Made by a program: the position numbers and the translations under genes. A DNA stretch of 63,233 bases, the filler included, from Conidiobolus incongruus B7586 (taxonomy: Eukaryota): NCBI GenBank assembly GCA_000697335.1. It is 8 parts of 8 records of this genome, joined end to end, with 100 filler letters (N's around TTAATTAATTAA, not from the genome) between each part and the next. Parts side by side here need not be neighbours in the genome. Positions count along the whole stretch, not along the records: positions 31,938 to 55,862 come from JNEM01006163.1; positions 55,963 to 57,502 come from JNEM01006168.1; positions 57,603 to 59,358 come from JNEM01006169.1; positions 59,459 to 61,343 come from JNEM01006172.1; positions 61,444 to 63,233 come from JNEM01006174.1; 3 more parts are not named here. One strand, 5' to 3'. Under the pieces are notes generated by a model. It worked only from the letters and a program-made list of their open reading frames with translations. It was not told where the DNA came from and searched no databases. This document shows positions 49,998 to 63,233 of the stretch, piece by piece; the first letter of the stretch is position 1, and every line of letters starts with the position of its first letter.

Positions 49998-50500
49998 CAA
50001 TAAGTTGAATAACTTATTTTAACTTATAGTTACAAATTTCAACCAAATTTGAAATAAAAATATATTCATTAAAATAGAACATTAAAATTTCAAAAATACA
50101 GTAAAAAAAATCAAGAGGTTATAATTTAAATTATTAGTTAATAAAATTTGGTTAACTTTTCAAATTGAAAATTATAAAAAATTTATCAAGTAATTTAACT
50201 ATTATTTTGAGCTTTAATTATTCAAATAATGAATAATTAAAGAGTACTACATTATGTAATACTTTTCAATACATTATCATTGTTTGATTAAACAAGCTTA
50301 CAAAGATAAAACAGTTGAATTAATTTAAAATTATTATTTAAAAGCCTTGATATTTATATTGAGTAAATTAGTTTAATAATACGAATTAAGTCTAAAATAA
50401 AGATAAATCAAATTAATATAATTCCAAAATTTTATTTAATAGTTATATAAATATATAATTTATAGTGTGTTCTTTAGATGTACAAAATTAAAATCGAATA

Positions 50501-51919
50501 TTAATTATTGAGTTTTTTATAAGGTTGAGGATTTGGTAAAATTAAAGTGACAATGAATGCAAGTAAGGATGTAAGTGCAAAAATTTGGTAAAGATATGGA
50601 ACGAAAGCGTTCAACCCTCCAATGTTCTTACAGTAAATAAATAGAAATTGACCTGCTATGTACCCGAGTTTGCTCATTGCAAAGTAATATCCGGTAGGAG
50701 AAGGATCGGAGGTGGGCGTGATAATCGTTGGATTGAAAGTTAGCAATGAGGTAGCATTGGGTGCTAATTGTGTGAATACATTAGATAACGACATAAGCAG
50801 GATGAAAAATATGGGCGATACTGATTTAACTTGGTTAAATGCAAATCCAAGAACACAATACATAGCAGTCATTCCAGAAAATCCAATAAGCTGCAAGTTT
50901 TTACGTCCAATTCTTTCAATGAGAAGAGTGGCAATAAGACAGCCAGGGAGGAATCCTAGAACGACAATAACGACTCCAACAGTGACTTTGAAATTAGATG
51001 CGGCTGGTGTGGAATTATCTTCGAATCCAGCGAGAGCGAAAATCGGGCCAAGATTTAAATTAATTCCCCAGAAAGGGAGGTTGATAGCAAACATTGTGTA
51101 CATACCACCCAAGAGGACTATCAGATTATTAGGTTTTGAAAAATACGAAATAGAATCAAACCAAGTGATTTGAGCAAGCTCTTCTGCAGTAAGATTTTCA
51201 TTCAAATCTTGGCTAAAAACTAGCATTTCTTCATCTGTTTTACGATCTTTAACTTTATGTTCAGTAATTCTATAATACAGAGTAATGGCAGTGGGTATAA
51301 ATATAACACCTTCGTATATTCTCCATGCATAATCAAGAAGCTCAGTTTTATCAGCGGGAATATATCTAAATATTTCTGCTACAATCAAACTAATAACCGA
51401 ACCAACTAAAACACACAGTGTAAGTGGTGTGAAAATCGCTTTCATAACCAACTTGGGGGTGGCAGTGGCTGCAAGAGGAGATCCCATAATAGCTCTGAAA
51501 GGATTGTCCATAGTCAAACCAATCCCAATAGCAATGCGCCAGAAAACAAGAGCGGCCATGAAATTGATTCCACTCCCAACTCCTGTAAGGGAAATACCAA
51601 GACTACCAGCTAGAACAATCATGAGACCAGCATTTCTGATCGGATGGGTGATTTTATGAGTAAAAGTATTGCAAAGCCAGAGGCTGATCAAATTGCCAAT
51701 GGGTGCACCCGCTTTTAGCAAAATGTCAGTAATATATGGTATATCCCCACCAAAATATACCAATGATACTAAATAATCAAAGAAAGCGACCATGAAGTTA
51801 TCATAGCACTCAATAAAGAAGGTAGTGCCTTCTATCATATATTTTCTCAATATTGGCCAAGTTATTTTATTCAAATGTTTAGTATCATTTTGATTTAAAT
51901 TTAATTCAATTTCATCCAT
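50501..51919 (-). CDS. MFS transporter, divergent PHO84-like paralog 2 (intronless)
   Basis: Colinear tandem paralog of 44519-45970. Confidence 0.85.
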   Translation of the reverse strand: MDEIELNLNQNDTKHLNKITWPILRKYMIEGTTFFIECYDNFMVAFFDYLVSLVYFGGDIPYITDILLKAGAPIGNLISLWLCNTFTHKITHPIRNAGLMIVLAGSLGISLTGVGSGINFMAALVFWRIAIGIGLTMDNPFRAIMGSPLAATATPKLVMKAIFTPLTLCVLVGSVISLIVAEIFRYIPADKTELLDYAWRIYEGVIFIPTAITLYYRITEHKVKDRKTDEEMLVFSQDLNENLTAEELAQITWFDSISYFSKPNNLIVLLGGMYTMFAINLPFWGINLNLGPIFALAGFEDNSTPAASNFKVTVGVVIVVLGFLPGCLIATLLIERIGRKNLQLIGFSGMTAMYCVLGFAFNQVKSVSPIFFILLMSLSNVFTQLAPNATSLLTFNPTIITPTSDPSPTGYYFAMSKLGYIAGQFLFIYCKNIGGLNAFVPYLYQIFALTSLLAFIVTLILPNPQPYKKLNN

Positions 51920-54900
51920 TAAATTATTATTTTATATATATTTTTCACTTATTTAATTATTTAACCAATTTTAATTTATTATCATAATCCCTCACTATAT
52001 ATATAATCATTTATAATGAATCAAAAGCTTGAAAAAATAACGTGACATAAATAGGAGTTTATATATAGTATATAATGAATATAATGAGTATGAAAGTCAA
52101 ATTGAAGTAAATAGTAAAGGAGAAAAAAAAGTTGATCTATAAATTTTAACGTTAGGGGAATGCCAATCTCAGAGATGATAGACTCAATAAATTTTGATAT
52201 TTCAATTGAGGTTCATAATTAAATTAAAAATTTATTAAATAATTATAAAATTAAAAATAATAATATATAAATATAAATAATATAAAATTTTGATTAATTA
52301 ATTATTTTAATAATTTTAAATATATATATATATATAGATAATTTAATTTAATTTTAATTTTAAATTTATTTTTTAATTAATTTTTGATAAATTTGATAAG
52401 ATTTACTCCCCCTTGAATTGTATATCATTGAATAATTATTAAAAATTTATAAATTTTGGGGAATAATATTTTGATAAAATATTCTAATAAAAATAATAAA
52501 ATGGGATTATGTGCAAATTAGATATATTGAAAATGTGAATTGTATTCCTGGTTTATTCTTTTATCTAATTTTTTAGAAGATTTTAATTAAATTTGAAAAT
52601 CTCTTTATTCGATTAACATTCAATAAGATTTTTATTGGTTAAATATTGATCAATATTAATTATTATTATTGATTTAAATTTGTAAAAAATATCAAATTAT
52701 ATAAAATTTTAATAATCTATTTATTTGTAAAATTCATAGCTATTCAATAATATAATCTTATAATTATTTACAATATCTCAAAAAGTAATTCTCAGATATA
52801 TGCAATTAATTATCATAGGAATTATAATATACAATATTTATTATTTTGAAAATAATGACAAATTTTGAATCTGATAAGTATTTTTTATTCATTAAAATTA
52901 TAATATAAATTATATTTTGATATTTCAAGTTTAATAGTATATATAATATCAAAAAATATTATTGAATATATTTTCAAATCTAACATCCAGCTAGCAACGA
53001 AAAGGAAAGGATGAATTATCAAATTCCTTGAAGGACAAAAGGTAGCAGCTTTCTTAAACTGGATTATATATATTATATTATCTTATAACATTTTATTAAA
53101 GAAAATTACTGAATATGATCTCATTTTTAAATATTTATAATTTAACTTTTATATTCATTAAATCATTTTAAATTTATAAAATACTCAAGTAGTTAATATT
53201 GAATTTCATTATAAAAGATATTTTTATATGATAATATATATATTGTGTAAAATATCTATTAGCTATATATCCTATAAATCAAATAATTATAAGTAAATAT
53301 CAAAGACAGGTTTGAAATTATAATGGTTATGAATATAAAATAATATACTATTGATTTTACATTTATTCAATATTTAATTATTGGTCTATATACACCAATA
53401 GATTTAATAACAATTAACAATTCATTTTCAAATTTTATTGAAATGAACAGATTAAAATTATATATCAATAAGTAAAAAGGTCTACCCAAAAATCTATAAA
53501 TTATATTTAATAGCAACAAATCAAATATATGAAATTTTATATTATGACAAAATTATAAGTTGATTTTCCAGATACATATTCACCAACTAGTCCAAAAATA
53601 AAAAAATTTAAAAAAAAATTAGGTAAAGCATAAAAGGATAAAATGGAACCTATCTGAGAGTAATTTTTAAATAGCGGAACTAAGAGCGTATCTATACGTA
53701 AGTAGGAAAACCTAAAAAAATTTATAATGTTGAATCGGTGTTGATAAAGACGGAGGATGAAGCAAATAATACTGACTAGAACAACACCAATATAAACGAG
53801 TATTTTGATAAAATTGTTGATATTTTTTGACAACTCGGATATTCAAAATATAATTAACATACAAGATATTAGCAAAAATTCAAATTTTCAACAATCTGTA
53901 ACTTAGAGGGACAGTTGGTATATTAATAGCTTAAATGTTAAAACATTAGAACTCAGAAAGTTCAAATGTCATAATATGAATTCAAATTCTCAAAACTATA
54001 ACTATAATGATAATATAATACAATAATTCAGATAGTATAGTTGATCCGAAGAAATAAGGATATGACCAAGTACGAGGTAATATTAATTTAGAAAAGTAAT
54101 GAATTTCTAGCAACTATGGATATCAAATAAAATGAATTAAAAAATGAAAAGAGTTATTATTCAAAACAATGCACAATCTCAAAATATTATGGTTAAAAAA
54201 ATCAAAGTTTGATCCAAAGTACTAGTCAAATTATAGAAAATATATCCAAAGTTTAATTTAACATCGGTAGAGAAGAGCCAATCGAAGATGTATTTGGCAA
54301 TATGTTAAATAAAGAAATTACAGAGAAAAATTCTCAAAAAATTGAGAGCACATCAATAATCCTGAATAATTCTAAGGTTAACAAGCAAAATGATAAGAGT
54401 TTGTATAGCATCAGAATTTGAAATATTATTATTTCAAACTTTGAGCATAATCAAGAAGTTGGAAGAATATTTAAGGAAAAGTTTATTTTGACAAATAATA
54501 GTGATAACAGAAAAAATGATGTAAAGAATAATAGAATAAAATATATTATTCCTCTTGAAGAAAACTTCAAGATCTATTTAACCAGGATAATTGAGGATAT
54601 TGCAAAGTCTGATGTTAACAATGATACACAAGATTTATTTAAATTAAGTGGTCCTACCAGTATTGAAAATTACAAAAATGAAAATCCAAATAGCTTGATC
54701 AATAAAGACTAAAAACCAATTATATAGAATTATGAATGAATTAAATTATATTGGATGAAATTAAACTGTTAGAATAATAAATAATTTAATAAACACTTCA
54801 AATATAATAATTATGAGTGAGATAAAACAGATGTTATCTAATTCAATAATTGATCAAACTTAATATTATAATAATCTTGTAAATTATAAATTCATTCTGT

Positions 54901-56021
54901 AAAACTTAATGTAAAAGACTAATATATTAAAAACTTTTCACAAAAATTATAAAATTCTTATATTATTTACTTCAAATGCTCTGGAAAAAGTGTAAAAATA
55001 TTATGATCTTATTATTGTATAAATTAGTTAAATTGATATCATATCATAAAGTCATAGTAAAACTATGGTATAATTTAAAAGTTCATCGAATAAATATATA
55101 TATATATATATATATATATTGAAAAGCTAAATATGAATTAAAGTTATTAAAACTAAATATCTTTAAATAATATAAACTAGTAAATAAATATTTAATATAA
55201 ATTATCAAAGTAAATAATCACTTATTTATTGAATTTTAAATATATTTGTCCTTTATTTTCAAAATGCCAGTTTATTTTAACTTGAAAGTTTATCCAAAGT
55301 TACTCCATAATTGGGATGGTTTTATTGACCAATAATCAAACAATATACTTTAACATCTTTCTTTAGAATTTACTTGTATTTTATGCCACTTATTGAGTAT
55401 ATTATTGACATCCAAAATTAATCAAAAAAATAAAAAGAACTTTCTACGTATTTTGCTATAATATTTGATTAATAAGTAAACTCTAAAATAAATAATCCTA
55501 ATATATTAAAAAAAAGCTAATAGAATATATATTAGATTATAATTCAATTTTTTCAAACAAAAATTTCTATTTATATAATATATTATAACCCTGAAAATTT
55601 TTAAATTTATATATATTAATTTTGGAAAAATAATTAAATATGATTTTATTGATTTATTAATATATTTATAATCATTATATAATGAAGTTTGTTAATTTAA
55701 TATTTTTGAAATTTTGATATCAATAACAAAGTTTATAATTAATAATAATAAATCAAAATAATATTTTTATAATTAATATTATATTTTAAAATAAATAATA
55801 AATTTTAAAATCAAACAATAATATAGATATTGTTTTTAATATAAAAAAAATAAATTGATAAANNNNNNNNNNNNNNNNNNNNNNNNNNNNNNNNNNNNNN
55901 NNNNNNTTAATTAATTAANNNNNNNNNNNNNNNNNNNNNNNNNNNNNNNNNNNNNNNNNNNNATATTATTATATTTAATATAAATCAAATATTTTTTTAA
56001 ATAATTTATAATAGTTAATTA

Positions 56022-57336
56022 TTAGTACAAAAATTAAATATTGGCACAATTTTAAAACTGAAATTAAATAAATAAATTAATAAATAATATATAAGAATTA
56101 ATAAATAATATAAAATTAATAGCCTCTTTTATAATTAATAACTCTTTCTTATACTTTTGGTAAGCTTTTAATTCCTAAAAAATAGTGCTTTTTATTAAAG
56201 ATTGAAATTTAATATTTTAGAAACTAATTTAATATGTTTGCAGGAATTTTTTTGCTTATAAGCTATTCTTTTAATTGTCTAAAACAATTATAATAACATG
56301 GGTTATAATCAGGTGAATATATTAGATATGATAACCCTTCAATTTTTTTATATAAAAAATCTTTTATAGCTTTAGCTTTATGTATTTTACAATTATCATG
56401 CAAAATAATAAGTGTTTTTAATTTATATTAAGAACACTATTTAGAAATTATTTTATTTAAAAAAGTAATATATAATTTACTATAAATTAATTTTTCTTGA
56501 GGTATTAAATAAAAAAACTATATACCATTATAATCCATTATAATTATTAACATTTGCTTATATTTAAAATACTTATTTATTAGAATTTATAGAGGGGATT
56601 AATTTAGCTTAACCTAACATCTTGTTTTATTTTTAGGTAAAAGATTATATAAAAAAATCTAAGATTTATCAATTATAAGTATTTGCTGTAAAAACCTTTT
56701 TTTAATTATATCTTAATAAGTTTAGTTTAGCTATAGTTATTTTAATTTTCTTTTAGGCTTTTGTTAAATTATAGATTATCTATTTTATATTTATATTAAT
56801 TAATCTAGATTTAAATTTAAGTAAATATAATATGTTTGTATAATTAATATTAAATTGCTTTAATAACTCTATAATAGAAATTAAAAGGTATTTCTTAATA
56901 TATTTTTTTACTCTATTAATAAGTGAAAAAGTAATAATAGAAATTAGTCTTTTAGATTTTAGTAAATTTTAAATAATATCCCTTCTAGCATTAAAATCAT
57001 GAATCTAGCAATATATGGTAGTTTTAGATAAAATATCATCTCTATAAGCTATTTGCAAGTTTTAGATGATTTTAAAGGGTTTATGTTTAAATTTTAAAAA
57101 TATAAAAATAAAAGCTTTTTGATAATTACAATCTAGTTTAAATATAATTAAATTTAAATATAAATTTTAAAATCAAAATATTTTAATAATAAAATAATTT
57201 TAAATTGAGTATATATATATAGTTTGAAAATATTCATTTTCCTATATATTAAATATATATAAAATCTTTCAAAATATATAATATGTTTGAAAGATCAGAA
57301 ATTAAAAAAATTGCTATTTTTTAATTTCTATACTAA
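56022..57336 (-). mobile_element. Full-length degenerate mariner element (1315 bp)
   Basis: TA-flanked imperfect TIRs (TTAGTACAAAAATTAA / TTAGTATAGAAATTAA). HDNCKIHK and YSPDYNPC motifs. Reverse-complement homologous to 61778-63077. Confidence 0.82.
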
Positions 57337-57639
57337 TATATATCTAATTTATATTATATAATTAAAGAAATTAAAAAATTATTAAATATTTAATTTAATA
57401 AATAATATTAATTTAAAAATAAAGATATAAAAAATTAAAAAACAAAATATATATTATTAAATTAAACCAATTAATTTAAAATTAAAATTATTTAATATTT
57501 AANNNNNNNNNNNNNNNNNNNNNNNNNNNNNNNNNNNNNNNNNNNNTTAATTAATTAANNNNNNNNNNNNNNNNNNNNNNNNNNNNNNNNNNNNNNNNNN
57601 NNAAAACTTTATATTATAATTATTTTAATTTATTATATA

Positions 57640-59203
57640 TACTAATCAATTATAATAAGTCATAAAATCAAAAATATATATTTTAATTAATAACTAAAAA
57701 ATTTATATATTAGATTACTTGAAATTATAATATATAATTAAAGTATATTTTATGATAATAATTATATCTATTTAGATATATTTAGTAAACTATTAGTAAA
57801 AATATTAACCTTAAATATTTAACTACAGTAAGTTATAAATTTGAAAGTGTTTGAGATAAAAGGATATATGTAATAATATATAACTATATCTTTTTTCTCT
57901 TTTTGCTATTATTTTATATAATATTTTATAGATATATTAAATTTTTTTTACTAGTATTATGATACTTAAATCCCTCTCTAAAAAAATTTATTTATGTATT
58001 AATCAACTTTATAAAAAAAATAAATCAACTTATAATATTATTAAAATTACTAATGTTAGTTAATCTACTATAGTTAAAGTTATTAAGAATAACAATAAAG
58101 AAACATTTAAACTTAAACTTAAATATATTAAAATTATAAATAAACATAATAAGAAGTATATTTATAGGTTAATTAATATAAGCAAGTGTAGTATTATTAT
58201 AGAAATATAACAGGAATTAAAAAACTATGTAAGAATATTAATTAACACTAATACTATTATATATACTTTATTTTAACATAGATATTATTTATATTTTAAG
58301 AAAAAACACCCTCAATTAAAAAATCCCACTATAAAATTAAATGGGAGTTTAAATATCACCACTAATATTAAATTAAAACTAATTGGAATAAGGTTATTTA
58401 GTTTAATAAAACAAAAATATATTTTAATAAATCTAATAGAAAAGCTAGATATTTTAGAAAAGATGCAAAACTACTTTATAACCATTATATTAATTTAACC
58501 TAAAAGTATAATAATAGGTTAATTATTATATAAAGATATATATTATCTTTAGATATAAGGTATCTTTATAAAATTAAAGAAAGGAATTAATATTACAATA
58601 TACTAAAGTATTTTAAACAATAAATTACAAAAACCATTATATAGTATAGGATAAATAAATCTAATATTATTTTCTAGTAAGATAATGCTTCTTGCTATAC
58701 TATAACTTTTACTACTAAATAACTTAAAAATAATAAGATAATAGTTATAAAGTAGCTTTTTTAATCTTAAATTTAATCTAATTAAATATCTTTAAGATTA
58801 GTTAAAAAAAGCTATTAAAGCTTTCCCCTTAATAAAAGATTTAGATAAATTTAAAAATATGTTTAAGAAGTATAGAACAAGATTAACTTTTTTTAATATA
58901 AGAAGTTAATTGATTTTATACCCTATAAACTTAAAGAAGTTAGAAAAGTTAAAGGTAGATATATTAAGTTTTAATTTTTTTTATCACCAAAAACCTACAA
59001 ATTTATAACTCACCCTAAGTAAAATTTAAGGGTTTATATTTTAGCTAATTAATAACTAAATATTATCATTTAATAATATATATAATTAATAAATATAATA
59101 GATTTTAATTATTTAATTTAGGTTTAATTGATTAAATATTAATTAAGTTATTAGTAAAAATATAAGTATTTTGGATTTTATATCTTATTTTTATAGGTTA
59201 GCA
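57640..59203 (+). mobile_element. Full-length degenerate Tc1-like element (about 1.56 kb)
   Basis: NWNKVI*FNKTKI (58381) and IIF**DNASCYT (~58666-58700) match WxxVIWSDETKI and FQQDNAxxH. TA-flanked TIR remnants match 12935 and 61480. Confidence 0.78.
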
Positions 59204-60229
59204 TATTATTTATTAATATTATAAGTTTAAATTTAAAATTCTATTATTATTTAAATTTTATTTTAATATATATAGTTTGAACAAAATTAATTATTATTAA
59301 ATCAAATTATATTATTAAAATATTTTTAATTAATAATACTTAAAATATTAAATATTAANNNNNNNNNNNNNNNNNNNNNNNNNNNNNNNNNNNNNNNNNN
59401 NNTTAATTAATTAANNNNNNNNNNNNNNNNNNNNNNNNNNNNNNNNNNNNNNNNNNNNATTATTAATTATTTTTCCTTTAAAGGTTAAATAAAAATAAAA
59501 TATATATAATTAAAATCTATTATTTGAAATTAATATTAATTTATAAATAAAATGACTATTTAAAGGAATTTATAAAAAAAATTATGATTTATTAATTATA
59601 TTGATTTTTTATATAAGCTTTAGTTTTATATTATAATTTAATAAATTTTGTTTAATAATAATTACTGTTAAAAGACTAGTTCTCTAAATTCTTATATATA
59701 CTTTCATATAATTCAATTAACTATAATTTATATGCTTAATTTATACTTATATAGTTAAATTAATTATATAAATTGTATTGAATTATCTAATAAATTAGGT
59801 TCTTCTTTTTCCTCTCAATTCTTACTATTTTTACTTTTACACTATTTCTAAGATTAAGATTATATTCTGTCAATATTATAGGATATTGGCACTACCTAAT
59901 ATAAATCTTAATATATCAGTGACTCATCCTAGTTTGAAGCTTAATTAAACTTTGTTTACACTTGCACACTACAGCCATATTATATTACCATATTCTACAC
60001 ACACTACTTTTATATTAAGTCTTCCTCTATATTATATTAGTTTAACTACCACTATATTTATAATTACTTTAATTTTTTTAAGTTATAATTAAATCACAAG
60101 GTATTTATTTTATTTATTAATTAATTTAAGTTTAAACTTTGATATTACTCTGTATTTTTAATAATAGGAATTTTTTGCAATTCAAAATAAATAAATATTT
60201 TAATATATAATATATAAAAAAATATATAA

Positions 60230-61320
60230 TATAAATTTAATAGTTTCTTTTATTATTAATAACTTTTTGCTATATTTTTAGCAAAAATCTAATACTTAAA
60301 AAATAGTTCCTTTTATTAAAAACTGAAATTTGATGTTTCACAAACTAATTAAATTTTTTTGCAAAAATTTTCTTTCTTGTAAGCTGGTTTTTTAATTACT
60401 TAAACCAATTATAATCACATAGGTTATAATCTAAAGAATATATTAAATATAGTAGTTTTTTCTAGTTATTTTTAATTAAAAAGTTTTTTATAGCTTTAGA
60501 TTTATATATTTTGTAATTATTATATAAAATAATAGTTCTTCTCAAATTATATTAAGAATACTAATTAATAATACTTTTATTTAAATAAGCAATATAAAAT
60601 TTACTATTAATTAATTTTCCTTCAAGAATTAAATAAAAATAGCATATACCATTATAATTAATTATAATAATTAGCATTTGCTTATTAATAAAATGTTTAT
60701 CTAAAAGGATTTGTAAAGGGGGTTGATTTAACTTAATCTAATATCTTGATTTGTGTTTTAGTAAAAGATTATACATAGGGATTTAAGATTCATCAAATGT
60801 AATTATTTGCTATAGAAGTTTAGGCTTCTAATAATATTTTAGTAAGTTTTATCTAATAATAACTACTCTAGCTTTTTTTTAAGCTTTAGTTAAATTATAA
60901 GGTATTTATTTTATATTTTTATTTATTAATTTGAGTTTAAATTTTAATATATATAAAATACTTATAAAACTAAAATTAAAGTGCTTAAATAGTTCTCTAG
61001 CTAAAATAAAAAGGTGCTTTTCAATATATTTTTTCACTCAATTAATAATTAAAAGAATAATAGTTAAAGTTAGTTTTTTAGATTTTAACAAGTTTTAGAT
61101 AATTTCTCTTTTAGCTTTAAAGTAATTTACTTAGTGATAAATTGTTAATTTAGATAATACTTTATTATTAAAAGCTGCTTTTAAATTTTAAATAATTTTA
61201 AATGGTTTATGGTTAAGTTTTACTGATACTAAAATAAAAAACTTTTAATGATCACTATTTAGTTTAATTATAATTAAATTAAACAACCAATTTTAAAAAG
61301 TTAATTTTTTAATCAACAAA
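60230..61320 (-). mobile_element. Degenerate mariner element, more diverged subfamily
   Basis: TFDES and YSLDYNLCDYNWF motifs. 34 codons between the second and third catalytic Asp positions. Ends approximate. Confidence 0.75.
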
Positions 61321-61479
61321 ATTATTATATATATATATATATANNNNNNNNNNNNNNNNNNNNNNNNNNNNNNNNNNNNNNNNNNNNTTAATTAATTAAN
61401 NNNNNNNNNNNNNNNNNNNNNNNNNNNNNNNNNNNNNNNNNNNTTAAAGAGCTTAAAATAATATTAACCTTGTTTAATA

Positions 61480-61777
61480 TACTAACCTAAAAAATGAGTT
61501 GTAGAATCAAAAAAATATATATTAATTAATAACTAAATCAATTATATATATTAGATTACTTGAAACTATAATATATAATTAAAATATATTATTTAATAAT
61601 AAATAAATATATTTAAATATATTAAATAAAATATTAGTAATAATATTAATCTTTAATATTTAGCTATGGTGAATGATAAATTTATAGGTTTTTAAGATAA
61701 AGGGATATATTTAACAATATATAACTATATCTTTTTTCTTTTTATGTTATTATTTTATATAATATTTTATAAAAATA
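61480..61777 (+). mobile_element. 5' fragment of the Tc1-like element
   Basis: Colinear with 57640-57940. Confidence 0.75.
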
Positions 61778-63077
61778 TTAGTATAGAAATTAAGAAATGG
61801 CAAATTTTTTAATTTCTGATCTTTTAAACATATTATATATTTTGAAAGATTATATATATATATAATTTATAGGAAAATAAATATTTTCAAACTATATATA
61901 TATATATTCAATTTTAATTATTTTTTTTATTAAAATATTTTGATTTTAAAATTTACACTTAAATTTAATTATGCTTAAATTAGATTGTGATTATTAAAAG
62001 GCTTTTATTTTTGTATCTTTAAAACTTAACCATAAACCCTTTAAAATCATCTAAAACTTGCAAACAGCTTATAAAGATGGTGCTTTATCTAAAACTACCA
62101 TATATTGCTGGATTTGTGATTTTAAAGCTGGAAGGGACATTATTTAAAATTTACCAAATTCTAAAAGATTAATTTCTACTGTCACTCTTTTATTTACCAA
62201 TAAAGTAAAAAAATATATTAAGAAATACCCTTTTATTTCTGCTAGAGAACTATCAAAGCAATTTAATATTAATTATACAAGCATGTTATATTTACTTAAG
62301 TTTAAACTTATGATTAATTAATAAAAATATAAAATAGATATTTTATAATTTAATAGAAGCTTAAAAGAAAACTAGAGTAACTATAGCTAAACTAAACTTA
62401 TTAAGGTATAACTAAAAACAAAGGTTTTTACAGCAAATACTTACAATTGATGAATCTTGGATTCTTTTATATAATCCTTTACCTAAAAATAAAACAAGAT
62501 GTTGGGTTAAGCTAAATTAATCCCCTCCACAAATTCTAATGAATAAGTACTTTAAATATAAGTGAATATTAATTGTTGTAATAGATTATAATGGTATATA
62601 GTCTTTTTATTTAATACCTCAAGGAAAATCAATCAATAGTAAGTTATATTTTACTTTTTTGAATAAAACAATTTCTAAATGGTGTTCTCAATATAAATTA
62701 AAGACACCTATTATTTTACATGATAATTGCAAAATACATAAAGTTAAAGCTATAAAAGATTTTTTATATAAAAAAATTAAAGGGAGTTACTATATCTAAT
62801 ATATATACTTAATTATAACCTATATAGTTAAATTACTTTAGATAAATAAAAAAATAACTTGTAGGAAAAATAATTCCTGTAAATAAATTAAATTGGTTCA
62901 TGTAATATTAAATTTGAGTCTTTAATAAAAAGAACTGTTTTTTAGGTATTAGAAGCTTATTAAAGATATAAAAGTAAGTTATTAATAATAAAAGCAGCTA
63001 TTAATTTTATATTATTTATAAATTTATTTATTTAATTTTAATTATAAATTTATACTATTACTTAATTTCTATATTAA
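61778..63077 (+). mobile_element. Full-length degenerate mariner element (1300 bp), transposase relic from ATG 61971
   Basis: AYKDGALSKTTIYCWICDFKAGR (HTH), FLQQILTIDESW, IILHDNCKIHK motifs. TA-flanked TIR remnants. Confidence 0.85.
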
Positions 63078-63233
63078 TAACTAATTTATTATAATTAAGG
63101 TTAATAAAAATAATTTAAATAAATACTTGACTTATATATATATTTTAATATTATAAATAAATATAATAAAAAATATATTTGTAGATTTATTAATATAAGT
63201 AAATATAATACTATTATAAAAATATAATAAAAA

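Noticed and set aside
53537..54712. 98-aa minus ORF resembling a bacterial glycosyltransferase tail (FGLVGEY) and a 74-aa plus ORF
   Set aside because: Both start at TTG. More likely the shadow and a fragment of a decayed low-complexity plus-strand gene; no family supportable.

Overview
Very AT-rich eukaryotic scaffold with short GT-AG introns (about 50-75 nt) and seven 100-nt assembly gaps padded with TTAATTAATTAA. Gene content suggests an early-diverging fungus, possibly Entomophthorales/Conidiobolus-like (inference only). The main find is at 0.3-9.4 kb: a tandem array of eight copies of a ~56-aa intronless microprotein I cannot assign to a family (MAxIxLxQIAxFExFTIDPKLREQxFPGSxRxSxES - variable Ser-rich segment - K(F/L)K(F/L)PWF*). 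Six copies are intact, one is a pseudogene and one is divergent. Four of the intact copies (1, 4, 6, 7) are absent from the ORF track. The array converges on a tRNA-Gln gene and the copies share a TGCGTAAT-type upstream motif. The middle holds housekeeping genes: NudCD1-like, a DMT/SLC35-like transporter, an AAA_33 kinase-like gene, an intron-containing bacterial-type Cmk, eIF3b, F-box/LRR, SRP40-like, ZIM17, ABZ2-like, a CUE-Myb-U-box gene and two degenerate PHO84-like MFS paralogs. Two tRNA genes (Thr, Val) each carry a solo LTR starting exactly 10 nt upstream with 5-bp TSDs; the Val gene has a second LTR family stacked at the same site. The last ~8 kb is a graveyard of mariner (DD34D) and Tc1-like transposons with strongly C>T/G>A-biased, RIP-like decay.
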